A stretch of DNA of 64,000 bases, taken from positions 18,336-82,335 of the forward strand of contig WFPC01000004.1 in NCBI GenBank assembly GCA_015487785.1, in the 5' to 3' direction. The notes below the pieces were generated by a model. The model was not told the origin of the DNA. It did not search any database and saw nothing but the letters and a program-made list of their open reading frames with translations. Position numbers and translations under genes: made by a program. Every line of letters begins with the position of its first letter. The stretch's first letter is position 1. Of the stretch, positions 43,725-52,807 are shown piece by piece. The DNA comes from Gammaproteobacteria bacterium. GTDB taxonomy: Bacteria > Pseudomonadota > Gammaproteobacteria > S012-40.

Positions 43725-44775
43725 TCGCTACCTCATCCGTTCGATGGCCGGCGGCATCGGGGTGGTGTTGCTGGTATTGCTGGCCCTGTTCAGTTTCATT
43801 ACCTTCGCCAATGAATTGGGCCGGGTGGGGCGGGGCGACTACGGAGTGTGGGATGCGCTGGCCTATACCGTGGCCATGCTGCCGGGGCAGGCCTATCAAC
43901 TGTTTCCGGCTAGTGTGCTGATCGGCACGCTCATGGGCTTGGGAGGGCTGGCGGCGCACAGTGAACTCACCGCCATGCGTGCGGCGGGTGTGTCCCTGCA
44001 TGCCATCCTGCGTGCGCTGCTCGGCCTGGGCCTGGTTTTGATGTTGCTGATGTTCGCCCTGGGTGAATGGCTGGCGCCCCAGGCCGAACGACATGCGCAG
44101 ACCCAGCGCTCGCTGGCGCTGAACAACAAGATGTCCTTGCAGAGCGCCACCGGGCTGTGGCTGCGCGAAGGTGACGACATCATCAATATCCGGGAAATCC
44201 TGCCGGGAGGACGCCTGCGTGGTGTCACCGTGTATCACCTGGACGGGGTGCGCATCGACCAGGTGCTCAAGGCCCGCAGTGCGCGTTTCGAGCCCTCGGG
44301 GCGCTGGCGCTTGCAGCAGGTGGAGCAGGTCTGGCCGGGTACCGGCGGGATGCGAATCGAGCGGCATGCGCAACTGCTGCGCGAGGGTCTGTTGAGCCCG
44401 GAATTGCTGGGCGTGGTGAGTACCGAAGCTGGCGCAATGTCGCTGTGGGAGTTGTACCGCTACGTGGATTTTCTGCGCGCCAACGGCCTGGAGAGCGCGG
44501 CCTACCGTCAGGCCTTCTGGATGAAGCTGGTATCACCCCTATCCATCATGGTTATGGTGATCCTGGCTCTGCCATTCGTATTTGGCTCCCTGCGCACGCT
44601 GAGCGCCGGGCACCGCGTGCTCATCGGCACCCTGGTGGGCATAGGTTTCTATTTGCTCAACCAGATACTCAACTATGCCGGGCTGGTGTTCGGCCTTGCC
44701 CCGGTGGCCACGGCGCTGGCACCGTTGCTGTTGTTTCTGTTGCTGGCCATGCGCCTGTTGCGCCGGGTCTACTGA
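43711..44775 (+). CDS. lptG: LPS export permease LptG
   Basis: LLDRYL, GGLAAHSELTAMRAAG, GLWLREG, PFVFGSLR. Confidence 0.93.
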   Translation: MRLLDRYLIRSMAGGIGVVLLVLLALFSFITFANELGRVGRGDYGVWDALAYTVAMLPGQAYQLFPASVLIGTLMGLGGLAAHSELTAMRAAGVSLHAILRALLGLGLVLMLLMFALGEWLAPQAERHAQTQRSLALNNKMSLQSATGLWLREGDDIINIREILPGGRLRGVTVYHLDGVRIDQVLKARSARFEPSGRWRLQQVEQVWPGTGGMRIERHAQLLREGLLSPELLGVVSTEAGAMSLWELYRYVDFLRANGLESAAYRQAFWMKLVSPLSIMVMVILALPFVFGSLRTLSAGHRVLIGTLVGIGFYLLNQILNYAGLVFGLAPVATALAPLLLFLLLAMRLLRRVY

Positions 44776-44861
44776 GCGGAGCGGGCTGTCTGCTCCCCCG
44801 GCAGGGCGTGGCCCGCCCGGTGTCGGCAGCCCGAAAACGGGTTGACCGGGGTCCGCCCGGG

Positions 44862-46595
44862 CTAGAGCGGAGCGTAGCCGGGATTGTTGTCGACGTTTTT
44901 GATCAGCGGTGTATTGAGTTCCCGGATACGCACGGTTTTCTGGTCGCGCAGGTATTCGCTCACCACCTCCCAGATGGGCGTGGCGTCTTCCGGTTGTTGC
45001 TGAACGCTGGCCCAACCGGCCACCTTGTACTTCTTGCCCGGCTGCAGGGGCTTGCCATTGAGGGTGAGATCGCCGATGCGCTGGCCGATTTTCCGGGTGG
45101 GGTCGATGCTGTACTTGAGTCCACCCACGCGCACCATGTCGCCACCTTGTTGATAGTAGGGATCCTGGTTGAACAGATTGTCTGCCACGTCTTCCAGGAT
45201 CAGTTTGATGCGCTCGGCATCCATTTCGGTGAGGGTGGTGGCAGGGTAGGTGATGGCGGTCTGGGTCATCACGTCCTCGAAGGTGATCGTTTCGCCGGGA
45301 AGCTTGCTGACGCCCCAGCGGAAACCGGGGGAAAAGGCGATGTCGGCGCCCTGTACCGCCAGCATGGCATCCAGGATCAGCTGATCGAAGGTGCCGTTGA
45401 AGTTGCCGCGCCGGTAGAGCAGCTCATCGGTGACCGCCAGGGGTTCGGCCAGTTTGGCGGCAAAGGGAGCGCGCACCTTGTCGATGTAGGCCGCCATCTC
45501 GGCGTCGGCCGGCAGCAGGTTGGAGAAGATCGGCAACAGGCGGAAGCGGTGTCCGCGCACCTTGCCATCGCGCACGTCGAAATCCAGCACGCCGAGGAAT
45601 TTGCCGTTGGATCCCGAGTTGATTACCAGGGTGCTGCCGCCGGCGTTTTTCACTCTTACCGGTGCCGGTACCGCATCGTGGGTATGGCCGCCGAGAATGG
45701 CATCCAGTCCGCTGACACGGCTGGCCAGTTTGAGATCCACATCCATGCCATTGTGCGACAGCAAAACCACGACCTGGGCGCCCTCGGCGCGAACCTGGTC
45801 GATCAGTTGTTGCAACTCGTCGTCGCGGATCCCGAAGCTCCATTCGGGAATCAGGTGGCGGGGATTGGCGATGGGCGTGTAGGGAAAGGCCTGGCCTATG
45901 ATGGCCACCGGCACCCCGTTGATTTCCTTCAGGGTGTAGCGCTGGAATACGTGTTCCTCCCATTCGTTGTCGATCACGTTTTGCGCCACGAAGTCGATTT
46001 TGCCGTCGATATAGTCGAGGATTTCCTTCACTCGCTCGGCGCCATAGGTGAATTCCCAGTGTGCGGTCATCACATCCACGCCAAGGAGCAGGCAGGCGTC
46101 GACCATGTCCTGAGCATCGGTCCACAGGGCAGTGGCGGAGCCCTGCCAGGTATCGCCGCCATCGAGCAGCAGGGCGCCCGGGCGTTGGGCGCGCAACTTC
46201 TTGACCAGGGTGGCCAGATGGGCGAAGCCTCCGACCTTGCCGTATTGACGCGCAGCTTCCACGAAATCCAGGTAGGTGAAGGCATGGGCATCCATGCTGT
46301 GAGCGGGAATGCCATAGGCCTTGAGGAAATGTTCACCCACCAGGTGAGGCGGGCGCCCCCACATGTCGCCGACGCCGATGTTGATATTGGGCTCACGAAA
46401 CCAGATCGGCAGCAATTGGGCATGGCAGTCGGTCATGTGCAGCAGCGACACATTGCCATAGGCGGGGAGTTCGTAGAAATCCTCCGGCGCCTTTTGCCAA
46501 CGCTGGCGGGGCAGTGCCGAGCAGCCCGGCAGGGACAGGCCGGCGGCGCCGGCGATGGCGAGCATTTGGAGAAATTCACGGCGGTTCAGGTTCAT
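44862..46595 (-). CDS. soxB: Thiosulfohydrolase SoxB
   Basis: Tat NRREFL; HMTDCHAQL, GGDTWQGS, LSHNGMDVD, GGHTHD, RRGNFNG, FSPGFRWG, PYYQQGGDM. Confidence 0.96.
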   Translation of the reverse strand: MNLNRREFLQMLAIAGAAGLSLPGCSALPRQRWQKAPEDFYELPAYGNVSLLHMTDCHAQLLPIWFREPNINIGVGDMWGRPPHLVGEHFLKAYGIPAHSMDAHAFTYLDFVEAARQYGKVGGFAHLATLVKKLRAQRPGALLLDGGDTWQGSATALWTDAQDMVDACLLLGVDVMTAHWEFTYGAERVKEILDYIDGKIDFVAQNVIDNEWEEHVFQRYTLKEINGVPVAIIGQAFPYTPIANPRHLIPEWSFGIRDDELQQLIDQVRAEGAQVVVLLSHNGMDVDLKLASRVSGLDAILGGHTHDAVPAPVRVKNAGGSTLVINSGSNGKFLGVLDFDVRDGKVRGHRFRLLPIFSNLLPADAEMAAYIDKVRAPFAAKLAEPLAVTDELLYRRGNFNGTFDQLILDAMLAVQGADIAFSPGFRWGVSKLPGETITFEDVMTQTAITYPATTLTEMDAERIKLILEDVADNLFNQDPYYQQGGDMVRVGGLKYSIDPTRKIGQRIGDLTLNGKPLQPGKKYKVAGWASVQQQPEDATPIWEVVSEYLRDQKTVRIRELNTPLIKNVDNNPGYAPL

Positions 46596-46649
46596 GTTGA
46601 GGGCTCCTGCAAAACGCGCTGGGAACAAACAGGACGAATAGACGGGCTG

Positions 46650-46679
46650 AAGAAAGCCGGCCGGCAAAATGCCAGCCGG
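46650..46679 (-). terminator. Hairpin with short pyrimidine tail between soxA and soxB
   Basis: Minus strand CCGGCTGGC-ATTTT-GCCGGCCGG-CTTTCTT. Confidence 0.5.
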
Positions 46680-46690
46680 AATGCGAAAGA

Positions 46691-47524
46691 CTATTTGCGA
46701 GCGCCGGGGCCGTTGATCTCCAGGCCATTGCTCATGTAGGTGAGGAAATACTCCAGGTTGCGGTATTCCTCGCTCTGTGCCTTGAATGGTTTGGCGCGCA
46801 CCTGTTTGTTGCAGCCGGCGAAACGGCGATGCAGGGTGCCCAGTTCACCCCACTTGGAGCGGTAGACTGGAAAATGGGTGACATGCCCCAGGGCCGGGCT
46901 GAGCAGATCGGCGCGGATGCGGCGGCCGGCATTGTCCACGTGGCAGTGGGCACAGGCCATGTTCAATTGACCACGACGGGCATAATAGGATTGCTTGCCC
47001 TTTTCGTAGGCGTCGCGCGCGCTCAGACTGGGAATCTTCACGTCGATCACGTTGCCACGCGAGGTATAGACCATGTAGGCGAGGATGGATGCCAGCTTGC
47101 CTTTTTTGTAGGGCAGGGGTTTTTCACCGTTCTGCACCCGGCATTCGTTGATGGCCAGTGGCAGGGTGATGACTTCCTTGCGCTCGTCGTCGAAATAGGG
47201 ATAGTTCTGGGCGATGCCGATGCCGCCGTTCTCGAAACAGTCAGCGTAGGTCTTGCCATTCTTGAAGGGGATATTGAACAGGCGCTCACCCTCTTCGATG
47301 GCGATTTCATAGGGCGGGAACTCCTCGATGGCTTCCCACTGGGCACGGGAGGCCGGGTCGATGGCGTAGACGCCATTGGCAAAGTCCTGAAACGGAACTT
47401 CAGGAAATTTCTGTTTGAAATAGTTCTGGAAAGCCGCCAGGTCGTCGGCGGGGTCGGCCTGGGCGGGGCCCATGACGAAGCCGCCGATGGCCAGCGAGAA
47501 TGTGAGTGCAAGCAGTTTCCGCAT
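46691..47524 (-). CDS. soxA: Monoheme SoxA
   Basis: Signal peptide; RRGQLNMACAHCH, FPVYRSKW, RRFAGCNKQVRA, LEYFLTYMSNG. Confidence 0.95.
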   Translation of the reverse strand: MRKLLALTFSLAIGGFVMGPAQADPADDLAAFQNYFKQKFPEVPFQDFANGVYAIDPASRAQWEAIEEFPPYEIAIEEGERLFNIPFKNGKTYADCFENGGIGIAQNYPYFDDERKEVITLPLAINECRVQNGEKPLPYKKGKLASILAYMVYTSRGNVIDVKIPSLSARDAYEKGKQSYYARRGQLNMACAHCHVDNAGRRIRADLLSPALGHVTHFPVYRSKWGELGTLHRRFAGCNKQVRAKPFKAQSEEYRNLEYFLTYMSNGLEINGPGARK

Positions 47525-47586
47525 CGAGTTTCTCCTTAATCGAATCGCTGTTGGCGCCAAAGATCCGCAGATCCGTGACTCGCGTG

Positions 47587-47904
47587 TTATTTGATCTTGG
47601 TTTCCCGTGAGTCGCTCTCGCCCTTGTTGTCGACCCAGGCGATCTTGATGGTATCCCCCGGGCTGCCGTCTTTGAGCTTGAACGAGAGATAGGGGTTCTT
47701 TGACACGGCCACGCCCCAGTTGGCGACGAATACGACATTGCCGTTGTGACTGCAGGTCACTTCCTTGATGAAGTGGGCGGGGATCTTCTTGCCCGTTTTC
47801 TTGTTCTTTCGCAGACCGGTTTCCATGGGATGCTTGATCAGCGCCTTGACCGCGGTCACGCCATTTTTGTGTTTTGCCTTGATTTTGATGGTGTTCTTTG
47901 CCAT
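47587..47904 (-). CDS. soxZ: Sulfur carrier SoxZ
   Basis: HPMETGLRK, IPAHFI, VSKNPYLSF, WVDNKG. Confidence 0.96.
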   Translation of the reverse strand: MAKNTIKIKAKHKNGVTAVKALIKHPMETGLRKNKKTGKKIPAHFIKEVTCSHNGNVVFVANWGVAVSKNPYLSFKLKDGSPGDTIKIAWVDNKGESDSRETKIK

Positions 47905-47949
47905 GGGTATTTCCTTCGAAAACGTAAAGGATGCACATATCGGCGGTGT

Positions 47950-48417
47950 TTAGCCGCCGCACCCTCCAATGGTGACCTTGACGGTCTTCTTGCTGCTGTA
48001 GAGAGTGTCGCCCGACTTGATGACGGCGATGACATCGGATGTTTCGCCCATTTTGATGCGGGTGGAGACGAAGGTCTCGAGATCCCCCTTCATGTCGAAC
48101 GAGGCTGCCAGCGGTTGCGGGTTCTTGGCCACCAGGATGCTGATGCTGTCCACGTTGTCCAGCTTGGCCGAAACGGTGATGGGAACCACGGCGCCGTTTT
48201 CGGCGATATCGGGCGCCTTGATCTTGATGGCGCCGGGCTCGGTATTGGTGGTGCCCGTCAACGCCCGCAAGGCGTCTTCCACGGTTTTGGCCTGAAAGGC
48301 ATTGTCAGGCCAGGCGGCCAGCACCTGGGTGGGTTTCAGCAGCCCCAGGCCCGCGGCCACGCCCAGCGCGCCGGTGGCAAGGCTGCCCTTGAGAAAAGTT
48401 CTGCGGTTGATGCTCAC
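47950..48417 (-). CDS. soxY: Sulfur carrier SoxY
   Basis: Tat NRRTFL; PDIAENGAVVP; C-terminal VKVTIGGCGG. Confidence 0.97.
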   Translation of the reverse strand: MSINRRTFLKGSLATGALGVAAGLGLLKPTQVLAAWPDNAFQAKTVEDALRALTGTTNTEPGAIKIKAPDIAENGAVVPITVSAKLDNVDSISILVAKNPQPLAASFDMKGDLETFVSTRIKMGETSDVIAVIKSGDTLYSSKKTVKVTIGGCGG

Positions 48418-48445
48418 GCTCGTACTCCTGCAAAAACTATGTGAA

Positions 48446-48823
48446 CTAGAGGCTGTAGATGAACTCGACGACTTTGTCGATTTCCTGCTCGGTCAAAATG
48501 CCATGTTTGCCGAAAGGCGGCATGATGGTGTTGGGATTATTGACGGTCGCGTCCCAGATCTGGGCTCTCAGCTTGGCCTTGTCGGGGAAACGCTCCTTCA
48601 TGTTGACCAGGGGCGGGCCGATGTTGCCAGGCAGCCGGCCACCCTCGATGGCATGGCAGGCAAGGCAATTGCCCTTTTTGCGGTGAAAGGCGATCTTCTT
48701 GCCTTCCTGGATGATTCTGGCTTGATCTTCACCTTCGGCTGCTTGCGCGGCTGTCATCGAGCCGCCACCGAGCACGATGACAACCGCACTGGCGGCGCTG
48801 ATAAGGGTTTTCGGCATTCTCAT
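48446..48823 (-). CDS. soxX: c-type cytochrome SoxX
   Basis: GNCLACH, GNIGPPL, TIMPPFG; signal peptide; AGGAGG RBS. Confidence 0.94.
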   Translation of the reverse strand: MRMPKTLISAASAVVIVLGGGSMTAAQAAEGEDQARIIQEGKKIAFHRKKGNCLACHAIEGGRLPGNIGPPLVNMKERFPDKAKLRAQIWDATVNNPNTIMPPFGKHGILTEQEIDKVVEFIYSL

Positions 48824-48974
48824 GCCCACCTCCTGATTGGTCACGGATAATCGACACCGGGGCGCAGTGTGGCGTCCGGCGGGTTTGTTCAGTCTAGAAG
48901 CAAGCGATCGCGAAGCCTTCCTGGCGACCAGCATATCGAGTGCATTGCCTGGCGAGCGCGTTGCACGGCGGGTT

Positions 48975-48990
48975 TGCAAACCTTGTGCCG
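48975..48990 (-). promoter_or_regulatory. Candidate sigma54 promoter for soxXYZAB
   Basis: Minus strand CGGCAC-AAGGT-TTGCA (GG-N10-GC). Confidence 0.5.
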
Positions 48991-49144
48991 GCAGCGACGA
49001 ATCGTGGCCAATGAGCCCACGTGGCAGGTCTCTTTGCTGTCGATCGTTGCTGCCTACTATGAATAGGCCATGATTGCGAGTCAATACTTGGCGCGAGGGT
49101 CAAGCGTGGAATGCGCCAAAAAATTTTTAATTCACCCATAAGGG

Positions 49145-50587
49145 CTAACTTTCCCCGTGCTGGATGAGGCGTTTGATCTGCTGGATGCGGGCCTGGATGC
49201 TCTTGGCCTCGCTGGGTACGATGTCCGATTGTTCCAGGGCCTGTTGCAGGTGTTCCAGGGCGGTGCGCAGGTGGCCATAGCGGTAATAGTATTCGGCGAG
49301 GTATTTGTGAGCGGCGCCCGGATGACCGGAAGCGCGCTCAGCTCGGGCCAGCAGTCGCAGCAGGGAAGGACTGTGGCGCTTGTGCAGCAGGGGCAACAGG
49401 ATGTTGCGGGCCTGCTCGGCCTGACCGTTTTGCAACAGGGCACGGGCATAGCCTTGCGACAGGGCCAGGTTTTGCGGCGCCAGGTGCAGGGCCTGGGCAT
49501 AGATTGTCAGCCCGCGTTCGGTGTTGCCCAGGGCCAGTTCGCTCTCGGCCAGCACCAGGGTATAGGCGATACGTTGGCCATAACGCTCGATCAGGGCGCG
49601 GATTTCACGCAGGGCCTCGGCGGGCTTGCGGCTGGCCAGCAGAGCCAGGGCATAACCATAATGATGGGCAAAGGCGTGGGTATAGCTGCCCTGTCTCAAT
49701 TCGGTGCGGTATTTTTCCAGCAAGGCCTTGTTGTTGGTGCTGGTCAGCACCCGCAATTTTTCCTTGATCAGGTAGAACTGTTCGTTGTCCGGCAAGGGCT
49801 TGTAGTGATATTGGGCCGCACGGCTCTCGGATTCGGAAATACGGCTGGTGGTGACCGGGTGGGTGCGCAGGAATTCCGGCGCCTTGTTGTCGTAGAGTCT
49901 ATCCTTTTGTTGCAGGCGCCCGAAAAAACGAGGCATGGCGTGTGGGTCCAGCCGCGCCTGGGCCAGGATCTGCATGCCGATGTGATCGGCCTCGCGCTCG
50001 TTGGCCCGGGTGAAGTTGAGTTGGCGCTGAAGGTTGCCCGCCAGGGTGGCGGCAATGGCTGCCTCGGTGATGTTGGGGTTCTGGCTGCCCAGGATGGCTG
50101 CGGCGACCAGCGCCGCCAGCATGGGCAGGGTCATGCCTTCGGAGGCCTGATAAGCCCGTTGCAGGTGATTTTGTCCCACATGGGCGATTTCATGAGCGAT
50201 CACGGCGCTGAGTTCGCTTTCGTCGCGGGAGGCCAGGATCAGGCCGGCATTGACGCCGATATAGCCGGCGGGGCCGGCGAAGGCATTGATGGCGCGGTCG
50301 TTGACCACGAAAAAATGGAATGATCGCGTCTTGAAATCGCTGTTGGCCACCAAGCGATAACCCAGGTTCCAGATATAGTCGTCCACCTCGGGGTCGTCGA
50401 TGATCTCGAGCTGGTGACGAAGCTGGCGCATAAAGGCCTCGCCCAGCTCGCGTTCCTCTTCCGGTGACAACAGGTTACCGCTGGGCGAGAGATCGGGGAG
50501 GTCGATTTCTTCCGCCGGAGTCACCGGGGGCGTGACGCCCAGGCCGAGCCCCAGGGCGAGAGCGAGAGCGATTTTCTTGATGGGCAA
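49145..50587 (-). CDS. bepA: M48 metalloprotease with TPRs (BepA/YfgC)
   Basis: INAFAGP, AHEIAHV, FTRANEREAD, PEFLRTHP; TTG start chosen because TATAAT lies at 50630-50625. Confidence 0.88.
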   Translation of the reverse strand: MPIKKIALALALGLGLGVTPPVTPAEEIDLPDLSPSGNLLSPEEERELGEAFMRQLRHQLEIIDDPEVDDYIWNLGYRLVANSDFKTRSFHFFVVNDRAINAFAGPAGYIGVNAGLILASRDESELSAVIAHEIAHVGQNHLQRAYQASEGMTLPMLAALVAAAILGSQNPNITEAAIAATLAGNLQRQLNFTRANEREADHIGMQILAQARLDPHAMPRFFGRLQQKDRLYDNKAPEFLRTHPVTTSRISESESRAAQYHYKPLPDNEQFYLIKEKLRVLTSTNNKALLEKYRTELRQGSYTHAFAHHYGYALALLASRKPAEALREIRALIERYGQRIAYTLVLAESELALGNTERGLTIYAQALHLAPQNLALSQGYARALLQNGQAEQARNILLPLLHKRHSPSLLRLLARAERASGHPGAAHKYLAEYYYRYGHLRTALEHLQQALEQSDIVPSEAKSIQARIQQIKRLIQHGES

Positions 50588-50653
50588 GGCTGTTTCCGTA
50601 GCAGGCGGTGCGTCAATGCCCACTATTATACGGAAACAGCCCGCTTTCGCATG

Positions 50654-50959
50654 CTATTTACCCATGGCCGGAGATGAACCGTAGTGCTGGATTTCACGCC
50701 GCCCCTTCCAGTGCTGTTCGCTCAGCAGAACTTCGGGAACATAGTAGCGCTTGGCGCCCGAGGCCGGTTTGCTGGAGACAATTTTGATCACATCGTCGTA
50801 GGCGATTTTGCGCAGGATGCCCTGTTGTTCGGTCAGGCGCACGATCATGCCGTCGTCGTGCAGCTTCAGTACATAGAACTTGGCCGGGCGGTATTTGCCG
50901 TTTTCGTCCCTGAGGGTGACGACGTAGCGGGTATCTTCTTTGAAATCACTTTGTTGCAT
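50654..50959 (-). CDS. Small hypothetical cytoplasmic protein
   Basis: Strong AAGGAG RBS, biased codons, divergent from tusA. Confidence 0.75.
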   Translation of the reverse strand: MQQSDFKEDTRYVVTLRDENGKYRPAKFYVLKLHDDGMIVRLTEQQGILRKIAYDDVIKIVSSKPASGAKRYYVPEVLLSEQHWKGRREIQHYGSSPAMGK

Positions 50960-51082
50960 GATGTTCTCCTTGTTTTGTGGACCGGATCGAGGGAAATTCT
51001 TGTACGAGTCCGGGGTCGTTGCAAGCTGCGTTTTGTGATTTGGACAGTGGAAAATTCGATTTACTCGGGCTACAGTAGAGTA

Positions 51083-51155
51083 TAATATATTCGCATATAT
51101 TAATATTCAAAGATTTTGATATTGCGTTTAAGAGGGTATTAATATTATTAATTTG
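51083..51155. promoter_or_regulatory. AT-rich operator region with inverted repeats upstream of tusA-shdr
   Basis: TAATATAT-TCGC-ATATATTA perfect inverted repeat; tandem ATATTC-N8-T(A/G)ATAT boxes at 51087-51106 and 51103-51122. Confidence 0.6.
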
Positions 51156-51281
51156 CCTGGACGTGTATGGCATCATAAAACTAGCAAGTTAAGGCTGCGG
51201 GTATGTCGGTCGCTACTTGCTGATGTGTCTGTGCGTCGATCGTGCGTGCGGCTAATCAATCACAGACTTTAGGAGGAATTT

Positions 51282-51512
51282 ATGGCTGATTTCGATCAAG
51301 AGTTGGATGCGTCCGGGTTGAACTGCCCTCTGCCCATTCTGCGGGCCAAGAAGGCGTTGGCGGGCTTGTCCTCGGGTCAGGTGCTGCACGTCATTGCCAC
51401 CGATCCCGGTTCGGTGAAGGATTTCGAGGCCTTTGCCAAGCAGACCGGCAACGAGCTGATGGAGGCTCGCGAAGACGGTGGCAAGTTCTATTTCCTGATC
51501 AAGAAAGCATGA
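51282..51512 (+). CDS. tusA: Sulfur carrier TusA
   Basis: LDASGLNCPLPIL, ATDPGSVKDF. Confidence 0.95.
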   Translation: MADFDQELDASGLNCPLPILRAKKALAGLSSGQVLHVIATDPGSVKDFEAFAKQTGNELMEAREDGGKFYFLIKKA

Positions 51513-51569
51513 CGAGTTTCTGGCGAGACCGGCGTTTGGCCGGTCTTTGCTTGTGCAATGGAGGTTTCT

Positions 51570-52040
51570 ATGTCTGATGAGAAAAAGTTGGCGATCATTG
51601 CCACCAAGGGCACGCTGGACTGGGCCTATCCGCCTTTCATCCTGGCTTCGACTGCGGCTGCCCTGGGTTACCAGGTACAGATCTTTTTCACCTTTTATGG
51701 TCTACAGTTGGTAAAGAAGGACCTGGACGTCAAGCTGAGTTCGCTGGGTAATCCCGGCATGCCCATGCCCATGCCCATGCCGGTGATTCTGCAGGCCATG
51801 CCGGGCATGCAGGCCATGATGACGTCTATGATGAAGCAGAAGATGAAGAAGAAGGGTGTGGCCGACCTCGAGGAGTTGCGTGAGCTGTGCATCGAGGCGG
51901 AGGTCAAGATGATCGCCTGCCAGATGACGGTGGATCTGTTCGAGTTCTCGCACAGTGACCTGATCGACGACGTGGAATATGGCGGTGCGGCGACCTTCTT
52001 CGAGTTTGCCGGCGAGTCCGACATCAGTCTGTTCATGTGA
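51570..52040 (+). CDS. dsrE2: DsrE2-type sulfurtransferase
   Basis: KGTLDWAYPPFILAS, FFTFYGL, IACQMTVDLF. Confidence 0.88.
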   Translation: MSDEKKLAIIATKGTLDWAYPPFILASTAAALGYQVQIFFTFYGLQLVKKDLDVKLSSLGNPGMPMPMPMPVILQAMPGMQAMMTSMMKQKMKKKGVADLEELRELCIEAEVKMIACQMTVDLFEFSHSDLIDDVEYGGAATFFEFAGESDISLFM

Positions 52041-52073
52041 TCCGGTGATTTTGGCAGAAAGAGGGCAGGGCAG

Positions 52074-52766
52074 ATGGCGACATATGCGGAAATGCAGGAA
52101 ATATTCGACGATATACGCAGCGACTTTCGTTACGACCACGAGCTGAACGGTTGCCTCAATTGTGGTATTTGCACGGCGACCTGTCCTTCGGCCCAGTTCT
52201 ACGACTATAGCCCGCGTGAAATCGTGCAATTGTTGTGGACCGAGAACGTGGACCAGATCTACGATGCCATGCAGGAAAAGATCTGGGCCTGCGCCCAGTG
52301 TATGACCTGCGCCGCGCGCTGCCCGTTCAAGAATTCCCCCGGAGGGTTGGTGGCCATCATGCGCGAAGTGGCCATCAAGCATGGCATGGATTCGGCCCGT
52401 GATGTGTTGCGGCCCTTCGGGCGGGTAATGCTCAAGCTGATCACCACCGGAAACCAGTTGTCGCCCGACATGATCCAGCCTGACCACTTTCCCGACTGGG
52501 GCCCCAATATCCAGAAGGTCGAGGGTGACCTGAAGACCCTGCGCAAGGCCATACCGGTAAAGACTCTGCAAACCACGGCCACAGCCTGGGAAGTCAGTCT
52601 CAAGACCTCGGTGGAAATGTACACCATCTGGGAGATGACTGGGGTACTCGATGCGCTGGAGTTGATGGACGAGAACCTGTTCGACGTGATTGAGGATTTT
52701 ATCGACGAGAAGCGTGAGGAGTACGAGGACTGGCTGGAAGAGCAGGAAGAGGACGACGACGATTGA
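52074..52766 (+). CDS. hdrC1: Sulfur-oxidising heterodisulfide reductase-like subunit C1
   Basis: CLNCGICTATCP and CAQCMTCAARCP. Confidence 0.92.
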   Translation: MATYAEMQEIFDDIRSDFRYDHELNGCLNCGICTATCPSAQFYDYSPREIVQLLWTENVDQIYDAMQEKIWACAQCMTCAARCPFKNSPGGLVAIMREVAIKHGMDSARDVLRPFGRVMLKLITTGNQLSPDMIQPDHFPDWGPNIQKVEGDLKTLRKAIPVKTLQTTATAWEVSLKTSVEMYTIWEMTGVLDALELMDENLFDVIEDFIDEKREEYEDWLEEQEEDDDD

Positions 52767-52807
52767 GCGTCGTGTATACGAAGTTTCTCCACAGGAGGTA
52801 ATCCCTT

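Noticed and set aside
46691-47962. Apparent 423-aa SoxA with a long N-terminal extension over soxZ
   Set aside because: A stop-free alternative frame; the real start MRKLL at 47524 has an AAGGAG RBS and a signal peptide
50946-51176. 76-aa Ile/Asn-rich ORF in the tusA upstream region
   Set aside because: Composition reflects the AT-rich operator; codon usage is unlike neighbouring genes
51759-51782. (ATGCCC)n hexamer repeat as a contingency locus
   Set aside because: In frame; encodes the MPMP stretch commonly seen in DsrE2 proteins
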